Source: Trueperaceae bacterium
Lineage (GTDB): Bacteria > Deinococcota > Deinococci > Deinococcales > Trueperaceae
Direction: 5' to 3'
Length of the DNA stretch: 64,000 bases
NCBI GenBank assembly: GCA_034520945.1
Contig: JAXHNB010000006.1
Coordinates: 896,001 to 960,000, forward strand
The notes under the pieces: model-generated
Database searches by the model: none
Told to the model about the DNA's origin: nothing
Seen by the model: only the letters and a program-made list of their open reading frames with translations
Shown here: piece by piece, positions 44,180 to 54,284 of the stretch
How positions within the stretch are numbered: position 1 is the stretch's first letter
How the letters are laid out: the number at the start of each line of letters is the position of its first letter
Position numbers and translations under genes: made by a program

Positions 44180-44751
44180 GCCGCGTATCGTTGCTGGGGC
44201 CACCGGCCACGCCCGTTCGAGAAACGTCGGCCACAGGATGGCGCGTCGAGGACGTGAATACCTGGCACCCGCTTGGGTTGGCTGACGTTTCTATCCATCA
44301 CCCGAAGAGAAAGCACAAAGTGGAGGAGCATAGGGAAGTTGTGTACATGCGCTTTCAAACGGCAGCCCGTGTCACTTCTAGGGCGCGAGAAAGCGATGAC
44401 CACGTGAAAACTCGCGCTGCTATATCCAATCGAGAAATGTCGGCCTCCGGGGTCGGAGCGGACGTCGCCCCGCATGTGCGGAGCCCACGAGGTCGATGCG
44501 CCACGAACGGGGGTGGATCCGGTGGACCGCAGTGGCGAGCCTTTGGACCGGTATCCACTCGGTCCATGGTTCGGGCAATGCTGGTGGTGCGGATGATTGG
44601 CCCACTGAAGTCCATGCATTCGGGCAATCTTGCTATGCCTGAAGGGAGCCGCTCATGGGCACGCATGTACCTAAATGCGGATAGCGAGCAGCATGGTGCG
44701 GTTAACAATCAGGCCGAGCACCTCGGCGTTCTCGCGGAGGCGGAGTCGTGA
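44176..44751 (+). CDS. Possible hypothetical protein coupled to the primase gene
   Basis: ATGA overlap with the primase stop and GTGA overlap with the next ORF. No recognisable motifs, and it overlaps the iteron-like repeats. Confidence 0.35.
   Translation: MSRVSLLGPPATPVRETSATGWRVEDVNTWHPLGLADVSIHHPKRKHKVEEHREVVYMRFQTAARVTSRARESDDHVKTRAAISNREMSASGVGADVAPHVRSPRGRCATNGGGSGGPQWRAFGPVSTRSMVRAMLVVRMIGPLKSMHSGNLAMPEGSRSWARMYLNADSEQHGAVNNQAEHLGVLAEAES
44218..44445. repeat. Iteron-like direct and inverted repeats (GAAAYGTCRGCC)
   Basis: CGAGAAACGTCGGCC 44218-44232; CGAGAAATGTCGGCC 44431-44445; inverted TGGCTGACGTTTCT 44279-44292; weaker CAAACGGCAGCC 44356-44367. Confidence 0.6.
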
Positions 44752-44930
44752 TCCCGACTATTCACGAGTGCCCCTCGTGCGGCGCGCGCGTGATCGTGCA
44801 CGGGCCCGCTGCAGCAACGTGCCTTCCTTGCGCTCGACGCATGCGACAGGTACGCTCGCGCGCCCCTTCAGAGGATTCGCCTGCGGTGTTTCGATGGGGC
44901 GCGTGGGCGGGCCGTAACACCGTGATCTGA
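44748..44930 (+). CDS. Small zinc-finger protein
   Basis: CPSC...CLPC; GGAG RBS before GTG. Confidence 0.5.
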   Translation: MIPTIHECPSCGARVIVHGPAAATCLPCARRMRQVRSRAPSEDSPAVFRWGAWAGRNTVI

Positions 44931-45289
44931 TCTCACCCATCACCCCCTTACAGGCCCTCCACCCCACACGGGGCCCGTTGACATGTGGCGGCCAGCGGGC
45001 CTGGCGGGTTGGCCATCGCGGCAATCTCGGGGGGATGGCGATGATCGGTCGGTACTCTCTACGGATCTCCCGAAGCTGCGCGTGAGGTCGAAGACCGCGA
45101 CGGTCGACCGCAAGAGGAGGTGCGGCATTGGGCTGCCACCAACCTGAACGGCGCGCCGGTCTGGTGGGGGTCGACGATCCTTACGGAACCCGTGGCCGTC
45201 GCGGTGGCCCTCCGTCTCCTTGATCGGCACGAGGTCGCGCCGATTCACGCCCTGAACGCGGCCCGTACCGCAGTTCGGGGGAATGCAGC

Positions 45290-45616
45290 GTGACGCCCAC
45301 GAGGGATGATCGCCTCGCCGAGCTCGCCGCGCGTCACTACCTCGGCGAGTACACGGGTTTGGTGGCACGCCGACTGGATGCACTGTTGGGCGTACCTGGC
45401 GGCGCGGAGAACGCAGATTCGTTGCTGATCGCTTGCGAGCACCTGGGTGTGACGGGGGAGGCGGTCGAAGAGGTCGTGGCCCGGCTGCCGGGGGCACGGC
45501 CTGACGCGCGGGTTCGGACGTTGGTTGGGGGCGTCGCGTGTGGCCGCTTGAACGTCGCCATGCCGCGTTTCGGCCCGCTGCGGGGGTACGGGACGTTGGG
45601 CGGGGGGTGCCGTTGA
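45290..45616 (+). CDS. Hypothetical protein
   Basis: 108-aa ORF with protein-like helical composition and GGGGGA upstream. Confidence 0.45.
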   Translation: MTPTRDDRLAELAARHYLGEYTGLVARRLDALLGVPGGAENADSLLIACEHLGVTGEAVEEVVARLPGARPDARVRTLVGGVACGRLNVAMPRFGPLRGYGTLGGGCR

Positions 45617-45631
45617 GCTTGGCGGCGGGGA

Positions 45632-46319
45632 TTACCGTCGGCGTGCGGTCAGGCCGCGCATCTTGTCGAGGAGTTTGCGGAGTGTCGTGCTGTTGCGGCG
45701 ACGTCGCGCGCCGGTCTTGGCGGCGTGCTTCTCCCGGCGTAGTTGCAGGCGGGCTGCGGCGTCGGGGTTGCCGCGGGCTGCGTCGCGTCGGTCTTGTGCC
45801 GGGGTGCGGTGGTGGGCGCGTGATCGGTAGGTGAGGCCGAGGCAGTCCCTGCAGGCGAGGACACTCTCTTCGCGGTTGAGGGCGCCGAGGTGTCTTGCGT
45901 CGAAGTAGTAGAGCAGGCTCTTGTTGTGTTGGCAGTGGGGGCAGATCCACCAGTGGCGTATACCGATGTGCTGGCGGGTTGTGGCGACGTCGATCGGTTC
46001 GCTTTGCTGGCCGGGGTCGAGCGTGAGGAGTAGGCGATTCGGGTCGAAGTAGAAGCGGTGGGCGCGTCGGTTCTTGTGGTCGAACGTCTGTAGGTCGTCG
46101 ACGGGGTACTGAATGTCGAGTATGCCTTGGGCTTCGTCGACGCGGGGCGCGCTCTCGGGGCGTGCCGTCCTTACGCTTGGTGATGTACGTGAGTTCTGGG
46201 GAGGTGGCGCTGGTGAAGACGATGGAGCGTGGGTCGGCGGGTCGGAGCCAGCTGTAGCCGTTGACGTCGTATCGTCCGTGCTCGATTCGTACGTGGTCCC
46301 GGTCTTTCTTGGTGCCCAT
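45632..46319 (-). pseudogene. Zn-ribbon hypothetical protein split by a +1 frameshift at CCC-C
   Basis: GGAAGGAG RBS then MGTKKDRD...KDGTP. It continues in the other frame as ESAPRVDEAQG...WWICPHC...LYY...ACRDCLGLTYRS. Span 688 nt = 3n+1. Confidence 0.6.
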
Positions 46320-47350
46320 TCTTGGGCTCCTTCCACCCCAGCCTGGGAATTTTGCTTGCGGCACGATCTCATATGATTTCGGCGATTTTGGGGTCGTACC
46401 GGCCGTTGTGTTGGAATTGGGACTTCGGGCCAAGGGGTCGGCGCTTGCGTGGGCGTCACGGTCGGGCGTGGCGCAATGGTACCGATCGTGGGTGCATATC
46501 GTTCTTCGAGTCGGGTTCAGTCCGAGGTGCTGGCATGGACTGAGGGAGGCGTGATTGGCCGTAGCCAACGTACCTTCTCTACGGGTCGAGGGACGGCGCG
46601 ATCGCTGGTGTAGCTACAGTCCTGGAGAAGCTTGCGGATTCGGTCGCGTGGGGTTCGCCAGATTCGCCCCGTGCCTCGTCCCGGTGACAGCGTCACGTTC
46701 GGGTTCGGTCATTACTTGTCCGGCCTGGTGGCCGAATTCTTCCGCTCACAGCGTGGTGCGTGGGAGATCCCTCCTTCGGAGTTGTTCGCGCCTCGGAGTG
46801 GTTGAAGATTTTGAGGTCACGCCTCCTTCGGAAATCAACCGGCATGAGTGACGGGAGACCTGTGAGCGCTGACGATGTGTCATTGGGTGGGCAATGCATC
46901 ATGGTGACTGGCTTGTAGAGCTTCTTGACGAGGGATGTGCACGCATATGCTAGCCGACACGGCAAGGCGAACAGGCACCGCCCAAAGGTATTGCAGCTTC
47001 TCTAGTTCGCACGTGGAGGAGCGCTCAACGGTGAATGGCCGCTCTCCGGCGCGAGGGACGCCAAAGCCGAGACGAGATTCCGTGGGCGGTCGCCTGAGAA
47101 CAGAATGGAGTTGCGCCTATACCAACAAGCTAGACTGGACAGCATCAATAATGGAGATCTGTTTTGCTGCACTGTTCATATGGGCGTAGCGGCAATGTGA
47201 TTACCCGAATCGAGGGTTCGTAGTAGGCTAAGCATACATGCGAACGAAGGGTATGCCGCGAGGCTGGAGCGTTGGGTGTGACAGGAGCTGCTGCGTGTTG
47301 ATCACGTGTACATGCTCGTTTGGTCGAAACCATGGTTTGGACCGGGGTTA

Positions 47351-48274
47351 ATGTTGCCTGATAGGCCTGACGAGCGAGATGACCGGGAAGAGGTAGCACC
47401 GGGCGTGAAGCTTGGACGTCCGCGGGGCCACGTAAAGACCGATCGTACGCGGCCCGAGGAGTCAGTGCCCCCACGTGCGTCGCGGGCTCCTTGGATGGCA
47501 GTGATCGGAGTCGGGCTCGTCGTCACGGCGATCGTTGTCATGCTCCAGGTGCTGCAAGGACGGCAACCGGAGGGGACAATAAGGAACCCGGCGGTAGCCG
47601 GCGAGTTCCTTACCTATACGGACCTACCCGAGATCCAGGGCTTGATGGAACACATCAGCCTTGCCTCGGTCACGTGGATTCAGGCGTTCCCAGACGGCAG
47701 CGGCTCGTCCACCGTTGAGGAGGCCTCGGAACACATTCACGGTTTGGAACGACGCTTCGAATACGCGCGGCCTAGCGAGGCAGCCTTCGTCCAGGCATTC
47801 GAGCCACACGTGCGGGAAATCTTGTTGGACTTCCGGTCATTTTTTGGGGGCCATCGCGTTCGCATCACTCACGCCAGCGAACCTGTCGTTCGTTTCTTTC
47901 AGCACGAGGGTCAGGCAGGGATGTTCTTTCCGGGCATCGGCTTGGGCAGCAGCTTCAATACGTTCAGCACGAATGAGCGAGACAGATTGTTGCGGATCGT
48001 GTACGAGTCCGCGGTTCCGGAACTACGCGCCTTCGTTTCGCCGCTGCAAGGCACGGACGTTGCCTACGTAGGGTACGCGATTCACTTCGGTACACGCGAC
48101 TTCACGAATTCAGTCACAAACCTCGCATTGCCCGAGACGGTGATCCTGATCGCATCGCTTGAGTCCGTCGTGGATCATCGAGAGCTTCGAATCACGGACA
48201 CGGAACTGGTCGAGGAGAGCATCGTGTTCTTTGGCTCAGGGGAAAGCTTGAGACGCGTCGACGCGACACGATGA
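47351..48274 (+). CDS. Single-pass membrane hypothetical protein
   Basis: Long ORF with a TM segment WMAVIGVGLVVTAIVVML and a globular C-terminal region; start is uncertain. Confidence 0.7.
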   Translation: MLPDRPDERDDREEVAPGVKLGRPRGHVKTDRTRPEESVPPRASRAPWMAVIGVGLVVTAIVVMLQVLQGRQPEGTIRNPAVAGEFLTYTDLPEIQGLMEHISLASVTWIQAFPDGSGSSTVEEASEHIHGLERRFEYARPSEAAFVQAFEPHVREILLDFRSFFGGHRVRITHASEPVVRFFQHEGQAGMFFPGIGLGSSFNTFSTNERDRLLRIVYESAVPELRAFVSPLQGTDVAYVGYAIHFGTRDFTNSVTNLALPETVILIASLESVVDHRELRITDTELVEESIVFFGSGESLRRVDATR

Positions 48275-48429
48275 TTGGCCGCGTGTATCGTGCCGGCTGG
48301 TTGAAGCGGATGTCGGCTGGTGTGGTTTCTAAGGCCGCCGAACTATCATTGCGACTGCGGAACGCCAGACTCGCGTGGCCGGGACCCGGGAGGGCGGGAT
48401 CGTCTTGAACGCGTCGTTGCGTTGACGAC

Positions 48430-48860
48430 GTATGACCTACCACTACGGAGAGGGTCGGCAGTGCAAGACAAGGCGCTGTAAGCGCTGAATGGCACGAGAT
48501 GCGTCCTCTGAGCGTAAGTGAGGACGTGCCCAATGTGCTTGGTCCGGCCGAAGAGTCGTTCGCTCTCGTTCGATCGCTTGGATAGCGCGGTGTCGCAATC
48601 CCAAGGGGGCGCATTGCGTCTGCAGGGAGAGCTACCCGCCAATCACCTCGCCCGTCGTGCCAAGCATTGGGCCTCGCGGGCGCCATACTCTTGGTCGATG
48701 ATCAGTGGGAGTTTCATGTTGTTTGGCCGCATTGGGTTTGGCACCTCCCGGCCGAGCGGCGCATTCCTTCGCCGGGATGGAACTCTATGAGGCCGGGGGT
48801 CGCCTCCAGTGGTCAAACGGAGCTTGTTGTGGACGGCCCCCCGCTTCCGTCGCTGCTGAA
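48430..48860 (-). pseudogene. Heavily decayed IS5-family transposase remnant
   Basis: NNMKLPLIIDQEYGAREAQCLA...DCDTALSKRSNESERLFGRTK aligns with DNMQLPLIMDRAYEGNETRWLA...YDTELYKRRNEIERLFGRIK of the IS at 54285. Confidence 0.7.
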
Positions 48861-48973
48861 AGCCTGGTCATCGCCGGGCAGTGCCGAAGCGGTCAAGGCA
48901 ACTGTTGCTTCTTGACGATTTATCCGGGGGTGCCCTTCGAGGCGAGCGGCTACCTTCCCTGCCGACAGGAGGC

Positions 48974-49906
48974 TTATGGGCTTCCATCCGGGTTAGCGCG
49001 TTGTAGAATCTCGTCGCGCATTTCGTCAGGCAAGGCTTCGACCATTGCTCGCGCGGTAGTCGCCCGCTTTCGTGTCGCTTGCAGATTCGCGACGGTCTCG
49101 GCTACCGCGGCAGGGTCTGGATTCTCGGAATGCGTCAATTCATGAAAGCGCTTGGCGAGGCGTTCTTGCTCCATTCGTAGTTCCCTAAGCATCACGGAGA
49201 CACGTTCGATCTTGTCTGCATGGTTGGTTGCGGCGAACGCATCGTCGTGGACTTGTTGTACTGGCTCAGTGGCTTCAGTGGCTCGCGTGACGTCCGTGCC
49301 ATCGGTGTCGCCGATTAGTGCCTCAACGTCATCATTCGTGAGAGTTGAACGGTGCCTTAGGGCCGCAGCAACCGCTTCCACGCTTGCCCAGTGCTCTCGC
49401 AAGAGTTGCTCGGTTTCCTCAGACCAGCTTTCGAGGATGGTATTCCGCTCCGAATCGGTGCCATCAAGAAGGTTCAGCAATTCGATGACGCTAGGTTCTA
49501 GTTCGGGCTCGGCCTCAGGCCACGAAAGCGACCGTCTCGCGAAGTCTTCGGCTACGGTACCAGCGATGCCTGTCATAGCTTCCCCACGTATCGCGTGAAG
49601 TGTGATTACGGCGGTGAAGTCCGCGGGGGTAGCGCTGTTAGCACCGTTGTTGACGAAGGTAGGTACCTCCTGGTTTGTAATGGTAGCGCTGGCGGGCGGG
49701 TGCCCCCACAACGTCGTAAGCTTGGCTGCAATCGTGTTGACACGGACTTCGCTGTGTGACTCGGTCACTTCGATTGACTCCAGGCCCGCATGGAGAATCG
49801 TCGCGATGACGGCTCGCCCTGCGGCAGAATAGGCGATGATTTCGCGTGCCTGGTCTAGCATCTTGTTGTCACTGCTCGGGCCTTGATCGTGGTTGAGATC
49901 GTTCAT
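48974..49906 (-). CDS. Peptidase M41 (FtsH protease)-like protein lacking zinc ligands, with C-terminal coiled coil
   Basis: AYSAAGRAVIA (vs AYHEAGHAV), IAGTVAE, LLREHWASVEAVAAAL...TLT..DVEALI. Confidence 0.65.
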   Translation of the reverse strand: MNDLNHDQGPSSDNKMLDQAREIIAYSAAGRAVIATILHAGLESIEVTESHSEVRVNTIAAKLTTLWGHPPASATITNQEVPTFVNNGANSATPADFTAVITLHAIRGEAMTGIAGTVAEDFARRSLSWPEAEPELEPSVIELLNLLDGTDSERNTILESWSEETEQLLREHWASVEAVAAALRHRSTLTNDDVEALIGDTDGTDVTRATEATEPVQQVHDDAFAATNHADKIERVSVMLRELRMEQERLAKRFHELTHSENPDPAAVAETVANLQATRKRATTARAMVEALPDEMRDEILQRANPDGSP

Positions 49907-50039
49907 TCGCAACTACACCGTCCGACCGCTCTGGCGTACTGACTTAGTGCCCATTGTCCGTTACTGTTTAGAGTAGCGCAGTGTGTGTGCGCCGGGAATT
50001 AGAACGTTCACTCTGCACCGTATTGCGCTAGCCTCGGCG

Positions 50040-50330
50040 ATGCGCGACAGTTGCTTGAGTGAACGCCTGGCCGTGCCAACTCGGTGCGCCATGTGGGTGC
50101 CGCGGTCATCATTAGTGGTCGCCAGCTGCGGAGTCGGCATTTTGTGGACCAGCATGCGCCTGGGAGGACTGCTTTGCTTGACGTGGAGCCGCGCGTCCGG
50201 CGGAGGAGGAGGAGGAGGAGGGGTCGCGGGTTGGAACCCTTGCCATGCTCTTCCATGCGTACGCTGGTTCAGGCGCGCTGTCGGCTCGATGCAACCTGGG
50301 ATTCGTGCGTTGTGCGCGTCCAGACCGTGG
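50040..50330 (-). pseudogene. Possible decayed IS1380-family transposase C-terminus
   Basis: Fragments QPAT.., VKQSS..RRMLVH and APTWRTELAR resemble GTLR.., IKTSTRRIVLH and APWRREWAR of the transposase at 56790; many frameshifts. Confidence 0.35.
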
Positions 50331-51419
50331 ATGGCACAAGCCCCACACCAACAAGCCATGATTCCTGGACAAGCGGGCACACCACTTGGTCGTGCTCGAT
50401 TTACGGGGTTGGGCGCCTCAGTGGGCATCCGCAATTGGTCCAGCTCGCAAGCCACGGCCGGGCAGCTTCGGGGAGGGCGCCTTTTGGCGTCCCGTGTGGT
50501 GTCCACAGGGGGCCATGAAGGCCTTCGAGAGTCGTGCCCAGGGTGCTATAACTAGGTAGCGTCGATTTGTCATGATCATGACGCTCTGATGATGGTGTTT
50601 GCGGGGATCCTCGGGAATGGTGTAACTTGATCTCACTCGTCGTAGAGGTCACGGGTAATTCCGGTCACCGTTTCGGCGAGTGCGGGGCGCGCGCTCTTGG
50701 GCGAGCTCCGGAACCAAGGATCCGAACGAGGCCACACGTCATGATCGAGCGCTATGGCGCCCATGATTGGCGATGCTTCGATCGGTCTGAGGGGCCCGGC
50801 TAGAACGGGGACTGCACGAAGCCGGGGCTGAAGGCCGGAAGGCTGGACCAGCTGCAGGGGCCTGTAGGGGCCTGAACCAGCCGATCAGCAGCACCTGCAT
50901 GTCTGCTGGGCTCAGTTGCGACGGCCGATGGGGCGACGCGAGCTGATTCGCCAAATGTCGGATCATTGCTTTGATCCGAAACGTCGCAAGAGAGCAGAAG
51001 GCGGGGGAAGGCTTCGTGCCTCTCCTAGGGAGACCTTTTGCTCTATTGCTCTAACCTTCAAGGGCTCAACGAGCTGTCGCCGATTCGGATAATCCGATCC
51101 GCGCTATGCACGTTGGATGAAGTACTGTCATAGGGCCCAATCACGGTCAATATCGTTAGCGGACCGCGCGATGGATATGCACACCGGTTGTGGCGTGGCG
51201 AAACGCCCGTTGACTGCGTTGCAGCAAGTTCGAGCGACCTTGGTCGTACAGTCGGCAGGGCCACCATGCGCAGGCGAACACGTTCCTCCGCGTCGGTAAG
51301 ACACGGCGTGCGTTGCGTACCCCCCATATTTCCGTCCGTGGCCATCGTTTAGGCGGTCAAGCGAGCTCTTGGCGCATCTGGCCACGCGGTGCGCTTTGTG
51401 AACACGCTGGCATTCACTG

Positions 51420-52430
51420 GTCGGCGTGGACCCGAGCGCCAATGGAGTGGTGACGAGACTGGGTGCGGCGCGTGGCCGCGTCATCCCCTGAAGGCGCTGG
51501 GGCTGCCGGATTTCTTCAAGTAGCGCCGCCGATTTTGGCGTCGAAGTCGAAGGTGACAAGCGCGACGTGAACGACTGGTTGCTGGACCGAGCGTTCGTCG
51601 TCGCCGAGACCGCCATCAACAGTTCCGCCAAGCGCAGGACGCTTCAGGGCGCCGAGGACGCGTTCACCCTCGGTCAGAAACGCAGGCTCGGGCCGGACGG
51701 GGTACTTCTGGAGGCCCTGCGGAGGTCTCGCCGATTCAAGGGCTTCCAGGACGCCCTGCGCACTAAGCAAGTCACGCCCCACGAGGCGCGCGTGGTGTCT
51801 TGCAGGTTCATGATCGTGTACGATCCCCAGCTAGTGGAGCGAGAGCAGCTCAAGCGGAATGACGTCCGGTGGGACACCGAGCTGCGCTTTGCCAACCTCT
51901 TCAAGTTCCAAGGTGCGGCACACTCCAAGATGGCATGGCGTGCAACCTGCGGGCCCACCCGACCTTCGGGCGGTACGTCCGCCACAATGAGACCGGGATC
52001 CTAAGTGTTCACGGGGAAGGATTGATCGCGAAGCGATGCTGGAAGGGCAGTTCCTCGTTGCTATTGGCGCCCGGCACTGGAGCGCAGAGGCCATGGCGCT
52101 GGGGCATAAGCCACTGCACGAGGTGGGACGCGCCCACAGGGACTTGAAGCGCGCCGTCGACAGGCGGCCCGTCTAGCACTGGCATTGTGAGCGGATTCGC
52201 GCGCACACGCTTTGCTGGCCCGCCTTTCTCGTGTTCCGTGTGCTGGAGAACCAGGTTCGGACGGACGTAGTTCCAGCTCAAACGGATTCGTCATTCGTTG
52301 TCGACGCCGCTGCACACCATCCAAACCGGCTTCATCGCGAAAACCAACAAGCCCAACTCGAATGAGAAAGCCGTCCTGGACGTCCTGAACCTGATGCTAC
52401 CTCTCAGGTACTTCGCGGCCCTCCCTTCGG
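51420..52430 (+). pseudogene. Decayed IS1634-family transposase
   Basis: Across frames: KRDVNDWLLDR, ALRRSRRF, CNLRAHPTFGRYV, EAMLEG, SAEAMALGHK.L.EV.RAHRDLK..VDRRPV*H...RIRAH. This follows the IS1634 C-terminal pattern, with stops. Confidence 0.65.
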
Positions 52431-53014
52431 CTGCGTGAACCCGTAGGCAAACACCATCTGCGTGACCTCAATGGCGGTTCTGGCGTCCTACAAGACCCGA
52501 ACGGCCGTTCCGTAGGACTTCTGATTGTGGAGCGCCAGACTGATCAGGAGGCTGTTTACGTCAGCGACCCGCCGTAGAACGGGGATGATGATGTTCGCGC
52601 GACCCCAGTTGCGTGATGCGACAAGCGTCACGTCGAATCGCTAGACGATGATCTCTGGCTGGGCCATTGCTGGTGACGAGCTACCCATCATGCGTCAGCG
52701 TGAATTGGCCCGTGCCGTACATTAATTCAGGCGTCCGGCTTGAGCTGTGCCTTTGAGATCGGGCGGACGATTCAATCCGGTGCTGCTTAGCTTCGAAGAA
52801 TGCGGGGCGGAGGCTTCGGCGGCGGCTCATTGCTAAGTGGTCCGCTTTCTGGGAAAGGTGGGGTAAGACGCATTCTGGTAGCCCGTAGCCGGACGTTCGA
52901 CTACTGCGATCGAAGTCGCCGGCTGCGATTCCTTGTGCACGCGCAGCGAGGAACTCAGGCTGGCTACGGTATACACTCAGTTCAGGCTCGCGTTTTGTAG
53001 AAAGGTTAGTTGTT

Positions 53015-53893
53015 ATGGACGACCGCTTTGGCATCAAGTTGCTTGCCGCTGTTCCTGCAGCCCACTCGGAGGTAGCGGGGCAGATTGCGGAACTTCTTGA
53101 TGTCGACGTAGTTGAAGTCGAGCGAGCACTGGCTAGTAGTCCGGACGTGCCGGCGATGACAGCGCCATCGCGCGAAGGTGCCGAGCGCATGCAAGATGCT
53201 TTCGCGGCCGTAGGGATCGCGTCTAGGATCGTGGCGCTTGAATCGGGATCTGTTGGTCAAGGCACGCGAAGAATCGCTACAGAGGGTCGCTACACGGTTG
53301 CTCCAGGTGAGAAGGCAGAGATTCCCGAGCCCTTGCACGAAAGAGGTGAGGCCGCGCCCGATTCGTCGTCTGGTAGCGGCGTGGGCGCTGTAGGACGTTG
53401 GATTGCGCAAGTCGACCGAGCACGTACGACTGAGCCATCTCCGCAGTCCGGTGGTCTTACCATCACAATTCCACCGATGAACCGGGAGCAGCGCATCGTT
53501 GTTGTGGCTGCTGGCGTAACGGTGCTGGGGCTGTTCGCTCCGGTCATTCGGGGGCCGTTGGGGGTGACGTTTAGCTTCGTCGATGGATCGAGCTTCACTG
53601 CGCTCGTACTGTTCGCGGCATGCGTGCTGGTTGCAGGGCTCGTCGCGACTCGGCGGACGGCTCTCGCGGTGATTCCCTTGGCCGCCTTGGCGAGCACCCT
53701 CGGGTATCGCTTCGTACGGCTGTCGTGGGAGATGATCCGTCTCGAAGGAGAGATCCAGTCGATGCAGCAGGAAGACGTTTTTGGTCTCTCCAGCGCGTTG
53801 TTCGGCAGCGTTGGGATGGCATGGGGATGGGTGCCTCTCCTGCTTGGCGTTGGCGTGATGATCTACGGTGTTGCATCTCTCCTGCGCCAGTGA
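53015..53893 (+). CDS. Membrane protein with N-terminal L7/L12-CTD-like domain and about 4 TM helices
   Basis: IAELLDVDVVEVERALASSP...SREGAERMQDAFAAVG; hydrophobic C-terminal half. Confidence 0.7.
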   Translation: MDDRFGIKLLAAVPAAHSEVAGQIAELLDVDVVEVERALASSPDVPAMTAPSREGAERMQDAFAAVGIASRIVALESGSVGQGTRRIATEGRYTVAPGEKAEIPEPLHERGEAAPDSSSGSGVGAVGRWIAQVDRARTTEPSPQSGGLTITIPPMNREQRIVVVAAGVTVLGLFAPVIRGPLGVTFSFVDGSSFTALVLFAACVLVAGLVATRRTALAVIPLAALASTLGYRFVRLSWEMIRLEGEIQSMQQEDVFGLSSALFGSVGMAWGWVPLLLGVGVMIYGVASLLRQ

Positions 53894-54284
53894 CGGGACC
53901 GACCGCCTGTCCATGCTGCTCGGACGCCCCAATCGCTTGACTCTGCGTTGAGTGGCCGAGCACCGAATGCGTTGATCGGCTGGCTTGCTCTCCTGACGTG
54001 TTCATCTGCGCCGCGCCGCGGCAGCGGGAAAGTGGCGCCTATCGTTGCGGCATTGCGAGGCGGTGTACCCAGCAGGGGCCGAACTCATGCCGGCTTGCTC
54101 CAAGCAATTGCCCATCCCCAGCACGGGGCGTGCGAGAAATGCGCCACGATCGCGTGAGATGATGACGAGCGACAGCGTCCTTGAGAGTCTAAGAGGAGTC
54201 CAATTCCGTTTCGTGCAGGTGCGAAATGGGCTCTACCTACTGGATCGAGGAGACCTCAGCTTCTCGGACATGCTGGTTCGGCTA

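Noticed and set aside
41250..47050. 14-bp match GGCCGCTCTCCGGC at 41250 and 47037
   Set aside because: A single GC-rich 14-mer pair is plausible by chance at this scale and does not bound a recognisable unit.
46560..47300. Short ORFs here and in 50560-51420 and 52440-53000
   Set aside because: No motifs, RBS or consistent frame could be supported, so they are left unannotated.
50202..50220. (GGA)6 microsatellite as a phase-variation tract
   Set aside because: A triplet repeat does not shift frame, and it lies in decayed DNA without a credible gene.
51567..52004. 145-aa ORF as a novel protein
   Set aside because: It is an internal fragment of the IS1634 pseudogene.
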